64,000 nucleotides of DNA from a virus. Of the stretch, positions 17,529-27,735 are shown piece after piece; position 1 is the stretch's first letter; every line of letters starts with the position of its first letter. A program made the position numbers and the translations under genes. The notes beneath the pieces were generated by a model. The model did not search any database and was not told where the DNA came from. It was given only the letters and a program-made list of their open reading frames with translations. The stretch is taken from positions 1 through 64,000 of IMG/VR virus record IMGVR_UViG_3300028844_006431; one strand, written 5' to 3'.

Positions 17529-19411
17529 GAGTCAAATAAACTTGCTTTTTCGAGTGATGATGATGTTGCTAATCTGTCTACAAATGGTCTTGGATCAACA
17601 ATCACATCATCAATTGTAATTGAAAAAATTTGATCTTTTTTAGGAACTAATAAATATTCGCTTGTACCAAATTCAAAAATCATTTCAGTTGAATTGTTTT
17701 GAACAAAGCTTGGAGAAAAACCTTCAAGTTCTAAAATACCCGATTCATAATCTACTTTACCAATGCCTTTATGTAAAATTTTTGTTGTACCATTTAAATC
17801 AAAAGCGATATCTACATTATATTTTTCGCCTTTTCGAACTGCTCTTGTAGCGTATTGAGAAAGTTCTGCTTCTTCTTCAACTTTTTCTCCACTTTCTTTC
17901 AAATAACAATTTGATATAGGATTTCCTTTAGCATCATTATAAACAAATTTTGTTGTTGCAAGAGTTTCTTTATCAATTCTACCATTGAAATCAATATTAT
18001 AATACTTGCCAACACCTATACGAATATCTCGTTTTTGATACACTCTTATTTTTACAGTTGTACCCATAAAATATTCATTCAAGTCATTTATTTCATTTGT
18101 TAAATTGGCTAATTGAAATGACCTATTAAATTTTAACAAATTTTCTTTAGCATACGAAATAGTCTTATTTTTTACTAAATCAATTACTTCAAGTTGACTC
18201 ATGTTTAAGTGGACTGAATTATAAATCACTCGAACATCCAATTTTAAATAAACATATTCTGGATCTACAATTTTAGGAACAATTGTAATTACATTTAACT
18301 GTTCAAGACGACTAATAATAAATTCTTTTTCATCAATGGTGAGTAACCCACGATTTTTTGGTTTGACTGCACAATAAACAGTTCCATACATAGGTGGTGT
18401 ATTTTTTTCTCCGCCCCATACAGCAAGAGAATCAATAAAGGGAAAGTATCGAAGTATTTGAATTTCAGTATCTCTTTCTGTCACTGAACGATTTTGACTT
18501 AAAAATAATCTTCGTGAATTGTGTCTTATTGTTTCAATGTTTTCTTCTTCTGTACCTTGCGAAGAAAATTGCTTTGTTACAATTACATAAGTAGTAGGTA
18601 AGATTGCCCGATCTGCTATATCAAAAGTAACACAACCATTACCTTTTGAGCCGGTTGTAATAATATACTCAGCCTCAATAATTTCATTATTTTCAGCTTC
18701 TCTTCCTAGAACACCATCACCAAATATAATTTGATATTTTTGATCATAATCTTGTTCAATATAAAAAACTTTTGACTCTTTATTTAGAAGTGTAATATCA
18801 TAAACTTGTTTATATTGTTCTCTTTTAGCAAAACGATCTTTTTTGATATAAATGTCTAAATTGTCTAGGTCAATATCAGGACTTTCTAATTTATATTTTT
18901 TCTCAAGTAATAAATTGTTGATTGTAATTTGCTGTTTTACAAACTGACCTTGAACTAAATCCAGGTCAGCGGTAAATTGATTTGACCTGTGAAGAGTAAC
19001 TGTATTCCATGTCATGAATGGATATACTTCACCTGTGCTATTTTTACCATAGAATAACGTATATCTTGGTATTGTAATCGCACCTGATAAATTTTGAGTA
19101 TTTGTTAGACGAAATGTTATATCTGCAATTGCTGCTTTTTTTGAGTTAGCAGTATAACCCATTTGTTTGGCATGAGATACCGCATTTTTTCTTTTTTGAG
19201 CGGTATCTAAAAACATTTCACTTGCTACTTGATTTAAGTAAAATGCTGTATATTGTGTATTGTATGAAAGAAGGTCAACAAGAAAATTTAAACCTGAAGC
19301 TTCAAAATCATAGTTTTTGAATTCAGAATTATTTTTGACAAAGGATAAAAAATTTTCACGAATCTCGTTAAAATCAAGTTCATTAATATTTTCTGGTGGT
19401 ATCTTTGCCAT
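17525..19411 (-). CDS. gp6: Baseplate wedge subunit, T4 gp6-like
   Basis: ELDFNEIRENF...YDFEASGLNFLVDLLSYNT...EMFLDTA, FGDGVLG, QNRSVT, VWGGE, GKVDYESG; 628 aa. Confidence 0.93.
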   Translation of the reverse strand: MAKIPPENINELDFNEIRENFLSFVKNNSEFKNYDFEASGLNFLVDLLSYNTQYTAFYLNQVASEMFLDTAQKRKNAVSHAKQMGYTANSKKAAIADITFRLTNTQNLSGAITIPRYTLFYGKNSTGEVYPFMTWNTVTLHRSNQFTADLDLVQGQFVKQQITINNLLLEKKYKLESPDIDLDNLDIYIKKDRFAKREQYKQVYDITLLNKESKVFYIEQDYDQKYQIIFGDGVLGREAENNEIIEAEYIITTGSKGNGCVTFDIADRAILPTTYVIVTKQFSSQGTEEENIETIRHNSRRLFLSQNRSVTERDTEIQILRYFPFIDSLAVWGGEKNTPPMYGTVYCAVKPKNRGLLTIDEKEFIISRLEQLNVITIVPKIVDPEYVYLKLDVRVIYNSVHLNMSQLEVIDLVKNKTISYAKENLLKFNRSFQLANLTNEINDLNEYFMGTTVKIRVYQKRDIRIGVGKYYNIDFNGRIDKETLATTKFVYNDAKGNPISNCYLKESGEKVEEEAELSQYATRAVRKGEKYNVDIAFDLNGTTKILHKGIGKVDYESGILELEGFSPSFVQNNSTEMIFEFGTSEYLLVPKKDQIFSITIDDVIVDPRPFVDRLATSSSLEKASLFDS

Positions 19412-19789
19412 TTATCTTATTCGTTTGAGTGTTTTTTCAAAAACAAGTAGTTCTGAAGGTTCTGATTTTAAACGAAAATATATTGAAATTTCAATGTTAT
19501 GTAAATCTTCTACTAAAAGAAAATCTTCTAATGTTATTCTTGGTTCAAAATTTGATATTTGAGTTTTTATTTCAGTTTTTATACTGTCTTGAAGAACAAA
19601 GTTATTGATTTCAAATATATAATCTTGTATACCTACACCAAATGAATTATTGTATAACCTTTCACCTTTTCTTGTAAATAAAATATGATTCAATGACCGA
19701 AAAATTGCAGACTTCGGATCAAGATTATTGACTTTACGAGTTATAGGATGTGGTATAAACTTTAAATCTATATCTGAAAAACGTGACAT
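19412..19789 (-). CDS. gp25: Baseplate wedge subunit, gp25-like
   Basis: FSDIDLKF..HP, TRKGER, FG.GI, NFEPRI. Confidence 0.92.
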   Translation of the reverse strand: MSRFSDIDLKFIPHPITRKVNNLDPKSAIFRSLNHILFTRKGERLYNNSFGVGIQDYIFEINNFVLQDSIKTEIKTQISNFEPRITLEDFLLVEDLHNIEISIYFRLKSEPSELLVFEKTLKRIR

Positions 19790-19810
19790 TTATAAGAAAA
19801 TCCGTATAAT

Positions 19811-19818
19811 TATTTATC
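19811..19818 (-). promoter_or_regulatory. T4-type late promoter motif GATAAATA upstream of gp25
   Basis: Motif about 20 nt before the gp25 start codon. Confidence 0.6.
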
Positions 19819-22800
19819 TATCTTATCCGGTAGAAATAAATTTCACTATCAAGAATTTGAAAAATTAAAGATTTCATATCAACTTCTGGTTTAGCAAATA
19901 AAGTTTTTTGAATTTGCTGCTGTTGTGGTGTAAGAAATTCTTGAGGTGGTTCATAACCTATGAGTATATAAGGTAATAATTGTTGGTCTTCTGATTTCTT
20001 AACTTCAAAAATTTCTGATAGAAATTTCTTTTTCTTACGATTTCCAAAATTGAAAACTGTATCGTGTTCAGCATTGACTTCAATTGCCTTTGTAAAGGTA
20101 TAGCCCTTTTCTTTAAAGAACACACCAAGATGAATGTTTATATTATTTAGTTTAGGCAATTCTCTGATGTTTAGTCCCGCCGCAGAAGAATGAGGTATAA
20201 CTGACATTGTAAATTCAAAACGATAAGTATATGTTTTTGCAACACCCGCAGACCATTTTGGTAGTGTCAAAACATTTTTACTTCTTACACCATGTAAATT
20301 CTTAAGTAACGGATTTTTCAAACGAAATTCATAATGAGGTGAAGAAGAAATTACCTCAAAGTAATCTGGATTTGTTGACTTATCAATTACATTTTCAAAA
20401 TTTGTATCACTTACACAACGGAAAGGTTCCCATTCAATTTTGATTGGTTCTGGCTTTGCTATGTTTTGTGAAGATGGATTCATATTTTTTGCTTGTTTAT
20501 CTAACGCACCTTTTAAAGTATCTAATGTATTATTAGGTAACATTGCGGATGCTCTACCTACATCAATTTGTTCAAGAGAAGGTGCTGTGATTGGATTACC
20601 ATCTTCATCAATCAAGCGCCAAGCATCAGCAAGCCATCTTACTGGATAGACATGCATTCCTTTTGGTAAATAACTTAAAAGAACCATTGAGAATCCAAAT
20701 TCACTTGAATACTTACGTTCTACTTTTGCAATTTCATTGTAGATTTTTCCTGTCCAATATTTTACTTTATCTTCTTTTGTATTTTTTTCATGCTGTGCTG
20801 TTTCAACAATTCCTGCATTGTCTAGATTGGCAAAAAGTCCGCTACCAATTTCAATAGGGAAAAAAGCAAGTTCCATCGCATCACTGATTTGTTCCGCTAC
20901 TGCTTCCTTTAACTTCAATGATTGTTCAATGACAGCCTCTCTTGCTCCGTAACCTTCATAAGGATTTGTAATACCAGGACGAATTTGACCATCAGGTGGC
21001 ATCAAAGGATCTACTTGACTTTTTTCATTGATCGCCTTTATTCGTTCATCATGATTTTGTTGTTGAAGATATAATTGGTCAATATCTAATTTGATTCGAT
21101 TTGCTTCCTCAGGATCAATTTTACGGATCTTCCCAAGATATTTTTGAACAGAAGAAAGTGAACTTGGTCTGAATCCTTTTTTTGGTGGTTTGGAATGGCC
21201 ATTTGTATTTGTCAAATCAGCGGCAAGTTTATCATATCCTTCAATACCCTCTTCTCGGCAATACTTACCCCATACAGTTCCTTCAAATTCAATACTCAAT
21301 AATAAAATGTTAAGAAGGTCGTCAATAATATCGATCAATTCAAGAAGCTTATCACGAATATCTCTTAAAACTCGAATCAATTGTTTCAACATTGTATCAT
21401 TCGGAGTAAACATATTCTCAAATGATTTCACTTTTTTCTGAAGTGCTTTAATTGTGGTTGTTGTTCCAATTAAATCTGAGAAATTTACACCAAACCAATT
21501 ACCATAACCTCCTGGATTAAAGTTCATTAGATTTTCATCCATAATAAAACCATCACCTAAAAATTCAAAGGTTGAGGTTGATGATCCACCCCCTGCTGCG
21601 CTACCTTTGCGATAAAGATGAACATAATCTCCAGAAACAAAATGATCTCTGGACATAGGAGGTCTGCGATATGAAAATTCGTAAACATAATTTTGCTGAG
21701 AAAGAGCATTTGGTAAATTTACTTTATCATTTTTATAAATGTCCCAAATATCTTTCGTGAAAGCAGTTTTATAATAAGTTTCAAGATGATTGCGATATAA
21801 ATGATTTTTATTTTTGATAGGATAACTACGATGAAAATAAGACATATAAGTTGAATTCTCATCATCAGTGGGTGGAACCATACCTGTTGTATTCACCATC
21901 TTACTTTCAAAATTTTTCAATTGCTTTTGCTTTACAGCAACTGATTCATGAAGACCTTTAAAATGTTCATTGAAAATTACTAAAGCTTCTTCTTTGAAGG
22001 TTTTTTCCATAATTTCAATATCTGAAATATATTCATCAATTTTCTTTTGTCTTTCTTCATTTGCCAAATTGGGTGGTGTGATTCGAAATATATCGGTTCT
22101 GCTTAGATAATCATCTCTTATAGAACTTGACATATTTTTTAATTCTGCTCCTATGCTCATCAACTGTACATACTGAGGATGATCCTTAGTGAGAAAAATA
22201 CCACTGGTGGCGTTCTCTACTTCAATCAGAGGGGCGTTTTCTGAAGTGTCTACTACTACCACATCACCTGTGACCGGATCAACGGTGGTGATAGATGTGA
22301 GACTTTTCGCTTTGAGATTCTTAACTTTCTCATATTGTTCACGAAATTGTTTTCTTTTTTCAATCAAAGTAAGAGTGTTATTTAATCGTGAATCTTTTGT
22401 CCAGGTGACACCAAAACTTGGTACTGAAGAAGATGATTCGCTTGCTGTTTCCACAAGGTCACTATTATACTTATTCATAAACTCTTCAACAACATCTAAG
22501 CTTGGATCTGTTAAGTTTTCAAGAATTGATTCAGGATTTGAAAAATCAACACCTCTTGCGAATTCAGCAGCAGCATATTGTGAAGCATAGAAAGTGTGTT
22601 CAATTTTAAGTTGAGCTAAATTTTCTTTTTTCAAACGATACAGATTACTTTTACGAATAAGTTCATTTTCAATATCTTGAATAATTTCATTTACACGATC
22701 GGGATTATGTTTTACATCATCTATTGAAGCATCTAACGAATCAATTTCATCTTGAACATTCGCTTTCAATCTTTCAAAACGATCTTCAGGCATAAATTCG

Positions 22801-23810
22801 AGAGGATCGGCTTTGACCATAATAATATCAGTTAGTTCATCATCAATTGGTATTTGTTTTCTTGTATACGCATCCACCTTTTCATATCTTACTTTTGAAG
22901 GATTTGTTACTTGAACTCCCTTCATTTGATAATTTGTAAGAATTTTTACTTTGCGTTGTTCATGTCGAAAGAAGAGAGAATCAAAATCTTCATGAAGCGC
23001 ACCTAAACTTTCAATTTGAAATAAATTTGCTAAACTTGCTATTGAATCAATAAACTTACGAATATTTGGCATATTCGTATTTGAGTCTATACTGAAATAT
23101 AAAAAGATTGCATCATATACACCAAGAGGTCTTGAAAGATTTTGAATTGACTTCTCAAAATCAATGTAATCGGTTTTCATTTCATCAAGAGAACTTTTAG
23201 CTCCTGGTATCAATTGTTCGAGAAGTGAACGTCCTTTATTGTCATGATGAACTCTTGTATATTTTTCGATTTTATTTTGAAGTTTTTTACCGCTTTCAAT
23301 GAGTCTTTCGTCTAGATCTTTTACATAAGGAAGTGCATAAGGAACATAAGGATCAGCAGAATCATAAAACTTTTTATAAACATTTTCTGCTTGCTCATCT
23401 AGTGATGTAGTTGGATAACCTTTATATGCTCGTTCTGTAAAATTTGGAGGAACAACTAATACATGCATACCTAAACGAAGATATGCATCAAGAGCATTAT
23501 AAACCAGGTTGGAGAGATATGTCATTACCATCGACATAAAATTCGGCAGCAAAAACATAAAGTCATTAATCAAAGTCAAAGTAGTAATTGCAAAATCAAA
23601 ATTGTTTACAACTAAATTTCTTATGTTCTCTAGATATTCTTTTGAATCTTCAATAAATTCTTTATTACTGCCAGTAAGGCCTGCGGCTAAGTGGTTGATT
23701 TGACGCCACTCACCTTCACCTGTCGGATTTGCAAACTCATCGCTTTTCGATAATTGATTTCCAAATTCAGTAAGAGTCCTACCAATTGGATATCTTTGAC
23801 CATCACTCAT
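19818..23810 (-). CDS. Large hypothetical protein (1330 aa, coiled-coil rich), probably virion or baseplate associated
   Basis: Long ORF within the late baseplate operon; helical and heptad-like segments; no recognised motif. Confidence 0.55.
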   Translation of the reverse strand: MSDGQRYPIGRTLTEFGNQLSKSDEFANPTGEGEWRQINHLAAGLTGSNKEFIEDSKEYLENIRNLVVNNFDFAITTLTLINDFMFLLPNFMSMVMTYLSNLVYNALDAYLRLGMHVLVVPPNFTERAYKGYPTTSLDEQAENVYKKFYDSADPYVPYALPYVKDLDERLIESGKKLQNKIEKYTRVHHDNKGRSLLEQLIPGAKSSLDEMKTDYIDFEKSIQNLSRPLGVYDAIFLYFSIDSNTNMPNIRKFIDSIASLANLFQIESLGALHEDFDSLFFRHEQRKVKILTNYQMKGVQVTNPSKVRYEKVDAYTRKQIPIDDELTDIIMVKADPLEFMPEDRFERLKANVQDEIDSLDASIDDVKHNPDRVNEIIQDIENELIRKSNLYRLKKENLAQLKIEHTFYASQYAAAEFARGVDFSNPESILENLTDPSLDVVEEFMNKYNSDLVETASESSSSVPSFGVTWTKDSRLNNTLTLIEKRKQFREQYEKVKNLKAKSLTSITTVDPVTGDVVVVDTSENAPLIEVENATSGIFLTKDHPQYVQLMSIGAELKNMSSSIRDDYLSRTDIFRITPPNLANEERQKKIDEYISDIEIMEKTFKEEALVIFNEHFKGLHESVAVKQKQLKNFESKMVNTTGMVPPTDDENSTYMSYFHRSYPIKNKNHLYRNHLETYYKTAFTKDIWDIYKNDKVNLPNALSQQNYVYEFSYRRPPMSRDHFVSGDYVHLYRKGSAAGGGSSTSTFEFLGDGFIMDENLMNFNPGGYGNWFGVNFSDLIGTTTTIKALQKKVKSFENMFTPNDTMLKQLIRVLRDIRDKLLELIDIIDDLLNILLLSIEFEGTVWGKYCREEGIEGYDKLAADLTNTNGHSKPPKKGFRPSSLSSVQKYLGKIRKIDPEEANRIKLDIDQLYLQQQNHDERIKAINEKSQVDPLMPPDGQIRPGITNPYEGYGAREAVIEQSLKLKEAVAEQISDAMELAFFPIEIGSGLFANLDNAGIVETAQHEKNTKEDKVKYWTGKIYNEIAKVERKYSSEFGFSMVLLSYLPKGMHVYPVRWLADAWRLIDEDGNPITAPSLEQIDVGRASAMLPNNTLDTLKGALDKQAKNMNPSSQNIAKPEPIKIEWEPFRCVSDTNFENVIDKSTNPDYFEVISSSPHYEFRLKNPLLKNLHGVRSKNVLTLPKWSAGVAKTYTYRFEFTMSVIPHSSAAGLNIRELPKLNNINIHLGVFFKEKGYTFTKAIEVNAEHDTVFNFGNRKKKKFLSEIFEVKKSEDQQLLPYILIGYEPPQEFLTPQQQQIQKTLFAKPEVDMKSLIFQILDSEIYFYRIR

Positions 23811-23959
23811 TCACTTTTCTCTTTTCTTGGAGTTTTTTCATCAAGTTTATTAATGAAGTTAACACATAGAACAAGTGTTTCACGAAGTTCTTCAAGATGT
23901 TTTATTTGTTTTTGTATATTTTCTTTTTCTTTATGTCGATTCTGTGCATCTTCTGTCAT
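23807..23959 (-). CDS. Small hypothetical coiled-coil protein (50 aa, MTEDAQNRHKEKENIQKQIKHLEELRETL...), not in the ORF track
   Basis: Fills the gap between neighbours; its stop overlaps the next start (ATGA). Confidence 0.6.
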   Translation of the reverse strand: MTEDAQNRHKEKENIQKQIKHLEELRETLVLCVNFINKLDEKTPRKEKSE

Positions 23960-26099
23960 ATAATTGTGTACCTATAGTGTGGAATTTTTCGATATCTGTG
24001 ACGTCTGGAATACCTTTATATTCTTCAAGTCTTTTGTCTAAGTATTCTTCATAAGCAATTAAGTTGTATACACTTTGTCTTGTTTTGAATGCAATTCCTT
24101 CTTTATTCAAATACCATAACATAAATTCAATGAGTTTATATGTTAGGTTCTTAGGAACACCCGATGATAAAGTTTGAAATTGAGTAGGATCAGCGCATAA
24201 AGCACTCCACGTGGCTATATCATATCCCACATCACTTTCAAGTATGCTCTTGATATTACTATGAAGTCCAATTATTTGATTGATCTCACCTACAGTATTT
24301 ACATCGCAGAAAGGATAGTCTCGATTCAAAGCATTGGCATAAGGAAGCGGCATTACAGGATTTTTTAAAGTTGCTGCTTTTGTTGCCGAGGTAATAAAGT
24401 TTTGTAACCAAGATAAATTACCAGCACTGGCATCGTCCGGATAACCATTTTCAATATATGAATTCCAAACATCAAAGTTTGTTGGGAAAACTATTTGGTC
24501 AAGATACGGTTCAATTTCCCACTCTTCTCTTTGGACTTCAACATCCGGTCTTGAAGTATGATGTTCTAACTTAGTGAGTAAACTGTATCCATCAGGATGT
24601 TGAATCTTACCTTCATTTTGTTTTGATAACTGTTCAATAAAAACACCAGGGTTTGTTTCAAATGTTAAGCGAAATAAATTTGGAACAAAATACTTGTATT
24701 TTCTACCTAACTTGTGGTCATAATATTTATTTTTAAAATGATAGTCCGATTCAACAACTTTATTTTCTAAAAATGGTTTTTCGTAATGAAATGTATTTGT
24801 AAAGGGATGACAAGGATTACGGTCAAAATAAGGATATTCAAACTGATTATAAAAGTAAGACCACTCGCTGATTTGTCCAAAGTTCATCATAATTGGATAA
24901 GCTTTAGAACTTTCTTGATTTACTTCAGCTACTTTTGATCCAACTTTTTTCAAAGTAAAACTACCTCTAGCATGATGGGGTTTTTCATAACCAAAAGCGG
25001 CTTTGAATAAAGTATCAAGAAATTTAAGAGGAGCGCATATTGCTGCCCAAAGTTTGTCAAATACGTTAGGATTTCCAACACCAGGAACTTTATCTGTTAT
25101 ACTACCAATCAAATTATCAAGAGATGAAAGAATGCCTGGTTTAAGATTTTGATACACATAGTCATATATACCTGACGAATTCCAACCACCTCTTGTATAG
25201 ATTACAAAATGCCATCTTATTTTTTGGCTAAAAGGTCTTCGTGTAATTGTTACGATCTTTTTTTCATTCATTTTACCATCATTATTAACTGCCTTTGCGC
25301 CAGAGGCAAAATAAGGATTATAAAACTTTTTCAAAAAACTTGCATTTGAAATACTAGCAGGTGCTTGTACTGTTCCATGACCTTTATGATAATTATTTGG
25401 ATCTGGTGTTTTATCATAATCGTTTTCATCACCACACCAACAATAACTTAACATACCAGTTGGCCAATAGTCTCCATTCCAATTTCCAAAAACCCTATCA
25501 TTACGGGCCCATTGTGTAACTTCAAACCTTACTTCAGTTTCATATTCATCTAGTTGGTCACCCCAGTTTCCTACCCAATCATATATGAATGTTTTGGCTT
25601 CTACTTGTGAATAAAGTGATTTATTTTCAAATTTGCTTTTGGTATCGCCATGTTCCTGACTAATTTCTGAGTGAAAATGAAATAATACTTTTTCTTCAAA
25701 TTCATCTTCTTCAGTTCCACCAACAGCTTTATCGTAATTTATTTCTTGACGATGACATATACCAGGATTACTATAAAGCTGCGAATCTAAAGCCTTTGTC
25801 AAATCATTATGGCATTGTGATAGAGGATCATAACTGAAAGGTCCTATACCTAATCCTCGTCCTTTAAATTCTTCATGAGGAGTATATGGTTCTGTATATG
25901 TTCCACTCTTTAGACCAATATCAGGTGTTAGCCAATGACCAAGATAATTATAAAATTCCTTTGCTGGAACTTTCATCATATCATTGACTTGATCTGTATT
26001 GGCATTCCAGCCTTTTTTGATAATCACTTCAGGGCATACAACTGTTAATATACCAATATTATCTTGAACTATTTTTACTATCTTTTTAAAAAATGCCAT
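23931..26099 (-). CDS. Hypothetical protein (722 aa), probably structural
   Basis: Long ORF in the late operon, aromatic-rich, no recognised motif. Confidence 0.55.
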   Translation of the reverse strand: MAFFKKIVKIVQDNIGILTVVCPEVIIKKGWNANTDQVNDMMKVPAKEFYNYLGHWLTPDIGLKSGTYTEPYTPHEEFKGRGLGIGPFSYDPLSQCHNDLTKALDSQLYSNPGICHRQEINYDKAVGGTEEDEFEEKVLFHFHSEISQEHGDTKSKFENKSLYSQVEAKTFIYDWVGNWGDQLDEYETEVRFEVTQWARNDRVFGNWNGDYWPTGMLSYCWCGDENDYDKTPDPNNYHKGHGTVQAPASISNASFLKKFYNPYFASGAKAVNNDGKMNEKKIVTITRRPFSQKIRWHFVIYTRGGWNSSGIYDYVYQNLKPGILSSLDNLIGSITDKVPGVGNPNVFDKLWAAICAPLKFLDTLFKAAFGYEKPHHARGSFTLKKVGSKVAEVNQESSKAYPIMMNFGQISEWSYFYNQFEYPYFDRNPCHPFTNTFHYEKPFLENKVVESDYHFKNKYYDHKLGRKYKYFVPNLFRLTFETNPGVFIEQLSKQNEGKIQHPDGYSLLTKLEHHTSRPDVEVQREEWEIEPYLDQIVFPTNFDVWNSYIENGYPDDASAGNLSWLQNFITSATKAATLKNPVMPLPYANALNRDYPFCDVNTVGEINQIIGLHSNIKSILESDVGYDIATWSALCADPTQFQTLSSGVPKNLTYKLIEFMLWYLNKEGIAFKTRQSVYNLIAYEEYLDKRLEEYKGIPDVTDIEKFHTIGTQLYDRRCTEST

Positions 26100-26101
26100 A
26101 A

Positions 26102-27727
26102 TTAATCACCAATTTTATTAACAAGTAAACTATGATTACCGGGTTTGCTACCAACAACTGTGTTTGTTGTAATATTCGTTACTGTACTCGTAGGCCCTGA
26201 GCCTGTGGTTTGTCCGATACTACCTAATCCTGAACCAATATATTTCAATTGAAATGTTTTTGATACTATGTCACCACAGCCATTGAACAACTCAATTTTT
26301 ACAGATGTATCTATGTCGCTCGGAAGAATATTAAGTTGTTTCGGAACATCAGCTTCAAGTGCACTGTAAACATGATAATCTTGAACAGGATAATGTATAT
26401 GATAATACTGTTCGGGAAATTGATGTATTATTCTTTCAACATAAACATTTAATTTTAAACCAGCATCTGTAAATTCATACTCATTATTTGCATTGGGCGC
26501 AGATGCCATGTCAAAAGACTGCGTAACTATGTCAGGAATTGTACATTCATCGTAAACTGTAAGACCATTAAAAGATCCTATAAAAACACCAAGTTCATGT
26601 TTTACTGGAGGAACATCTGTATTTGTAAAATAATCCAGTGGTGACTTTTTAGAACCTTGTCCTTTAAGAGTAGTTAAGTCACCAAATTCAATAAAGGTAT
26701 TTGAATCTGGATCAGTTGTAACCCACCATTTAGTATAATTATTTGCTCCATCACTTTGTAAGTTAGGAAGATATACGTCAAAACTTGCGCCCGAACTTGA
26801 CGATAAATTTTTTGTTGTCGCATTCGCATAACACTCATGAAAAGAAACATTAGGAGTAAATGTGTCTTCTGTGAAAACATCAGCACTCATCGCATAAAAG
26901 TTAGCCCATCCTGTATTATTTGCTGTTCTCCATTCAGCATCATTTTCACCTTTATGCACAATTGTTTTTATGGGTGTTAATACTTCAGGGCGCCAATCAT
27001 TTGTTCCGATTGAAAATGAATAGTCAACAGTCTTACCAATTATATCCGCATCAGTAACTCCTTTGACTTTAATATTATGAGAACCGATACCAGAAATAGT
27101 CTCAAGAACAGGAAAACTATTTGCGTTTGCCCAAGCACCACCATCAACAGAAATCATCACATGACTTACATTTCCTTCTGAGCATTCTTCCAAAGGATAT
27201 GCCATGATTTCAATACTTACAGGACCTGTTGAATGAAAATGTCCTGTCTTGTTACGAAGAGTGACTATTGGTCCAGGAGGAGGTGGCGGTGATGGTATCC
27301 AATATATTGAACCACCATTAGTTCCGTCATGGGAATCCTTAACACTTACGCTAACACTATATTCATGTAGTCCATCACTTTGTTGTATATTTTGATCTTT
27401 ACCTAAGTACCAGATACCATTTGTTGTATAACCATTCCCTGTTGTACTTAGGTAATCATAGTCAAGACTAGACCAAGAACTACTCCAAACTACTGTGCCA
27501 CTTCCGGTAGATCCGGCAGGTCGTTCAGTAATCGTAACAGAGTTGCCCTTACCTCCGCCAGGATAACTAAATCCGTAACAATTGTTACCACCTGCGCCGC
27601 ATGATTCAAAACCAAGACCAAAATGTAATCGTATAAAACCCTTTTCATGATAAGCCTGTCCTAAACCAACACCGCTTCCACTCGAAGGTGGTTTTGATAT
27701 TCCTTTTAAATATTCGATAGTGGACAT
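26102..27727 (-). CDS. Hypothetical structural protein (541 aa) with a Gly/Ser-rich N-terminal domain, Pro linker and Ig-like beta region
   Basis: PSPPPPPGP linker; SVDGGAW...GSHNIKVKG resembles Ig/FN3-like strands. Confidence 0.55.
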   Translation of the reverse strand: MSTIEYLKGISKPPSSGSGVGLGQAYHEKGFIRLHFGLGFESCGAGGNNCYGFSYPGGGKGNSVTITERPAGSTGSGTVVWSSSWSSLDYDYLSTTGNGYTTNGIWYLGKDQNIQQSDGLHEYSVSVSVKDSHDGTNGGSIYWIPSPPPPPGPIVTLRNKTGHFHSTGPVSIEIMAYPLEECSEGNVSHVMISVDGGAWANANSFPVLETISGIGSHNIKVKGVTDADIIGKTVDYSFSIGTNDWRPEVLTPIKTIVHKGENDAEWRTANNTGWANFYAMSADVFTEDTFTPNVSFHECYANATTKNLSSSSGASFDVYLPNLQSDGANNYTKWWVTTDPDSNTFIEFGDLTTLKGQGSKKSPLDYFTNTDVPPVKHELGVFIGSFNGLTVYDECTIPDIVTQSFDMASAPNANNEYEFTDAGLKLNVYVERIIHQFPEQYYHIHYPVQDYHVYSALEADVPKQLNILPSDIDTSVKIELFNGCGDIVSKTFQLKYIGSGLGSIGQTTGSGPTSTVTNITTNTVVGSKPGNHSLLVNKIGD

Positions 27728-27735
27728 ATTTTCTC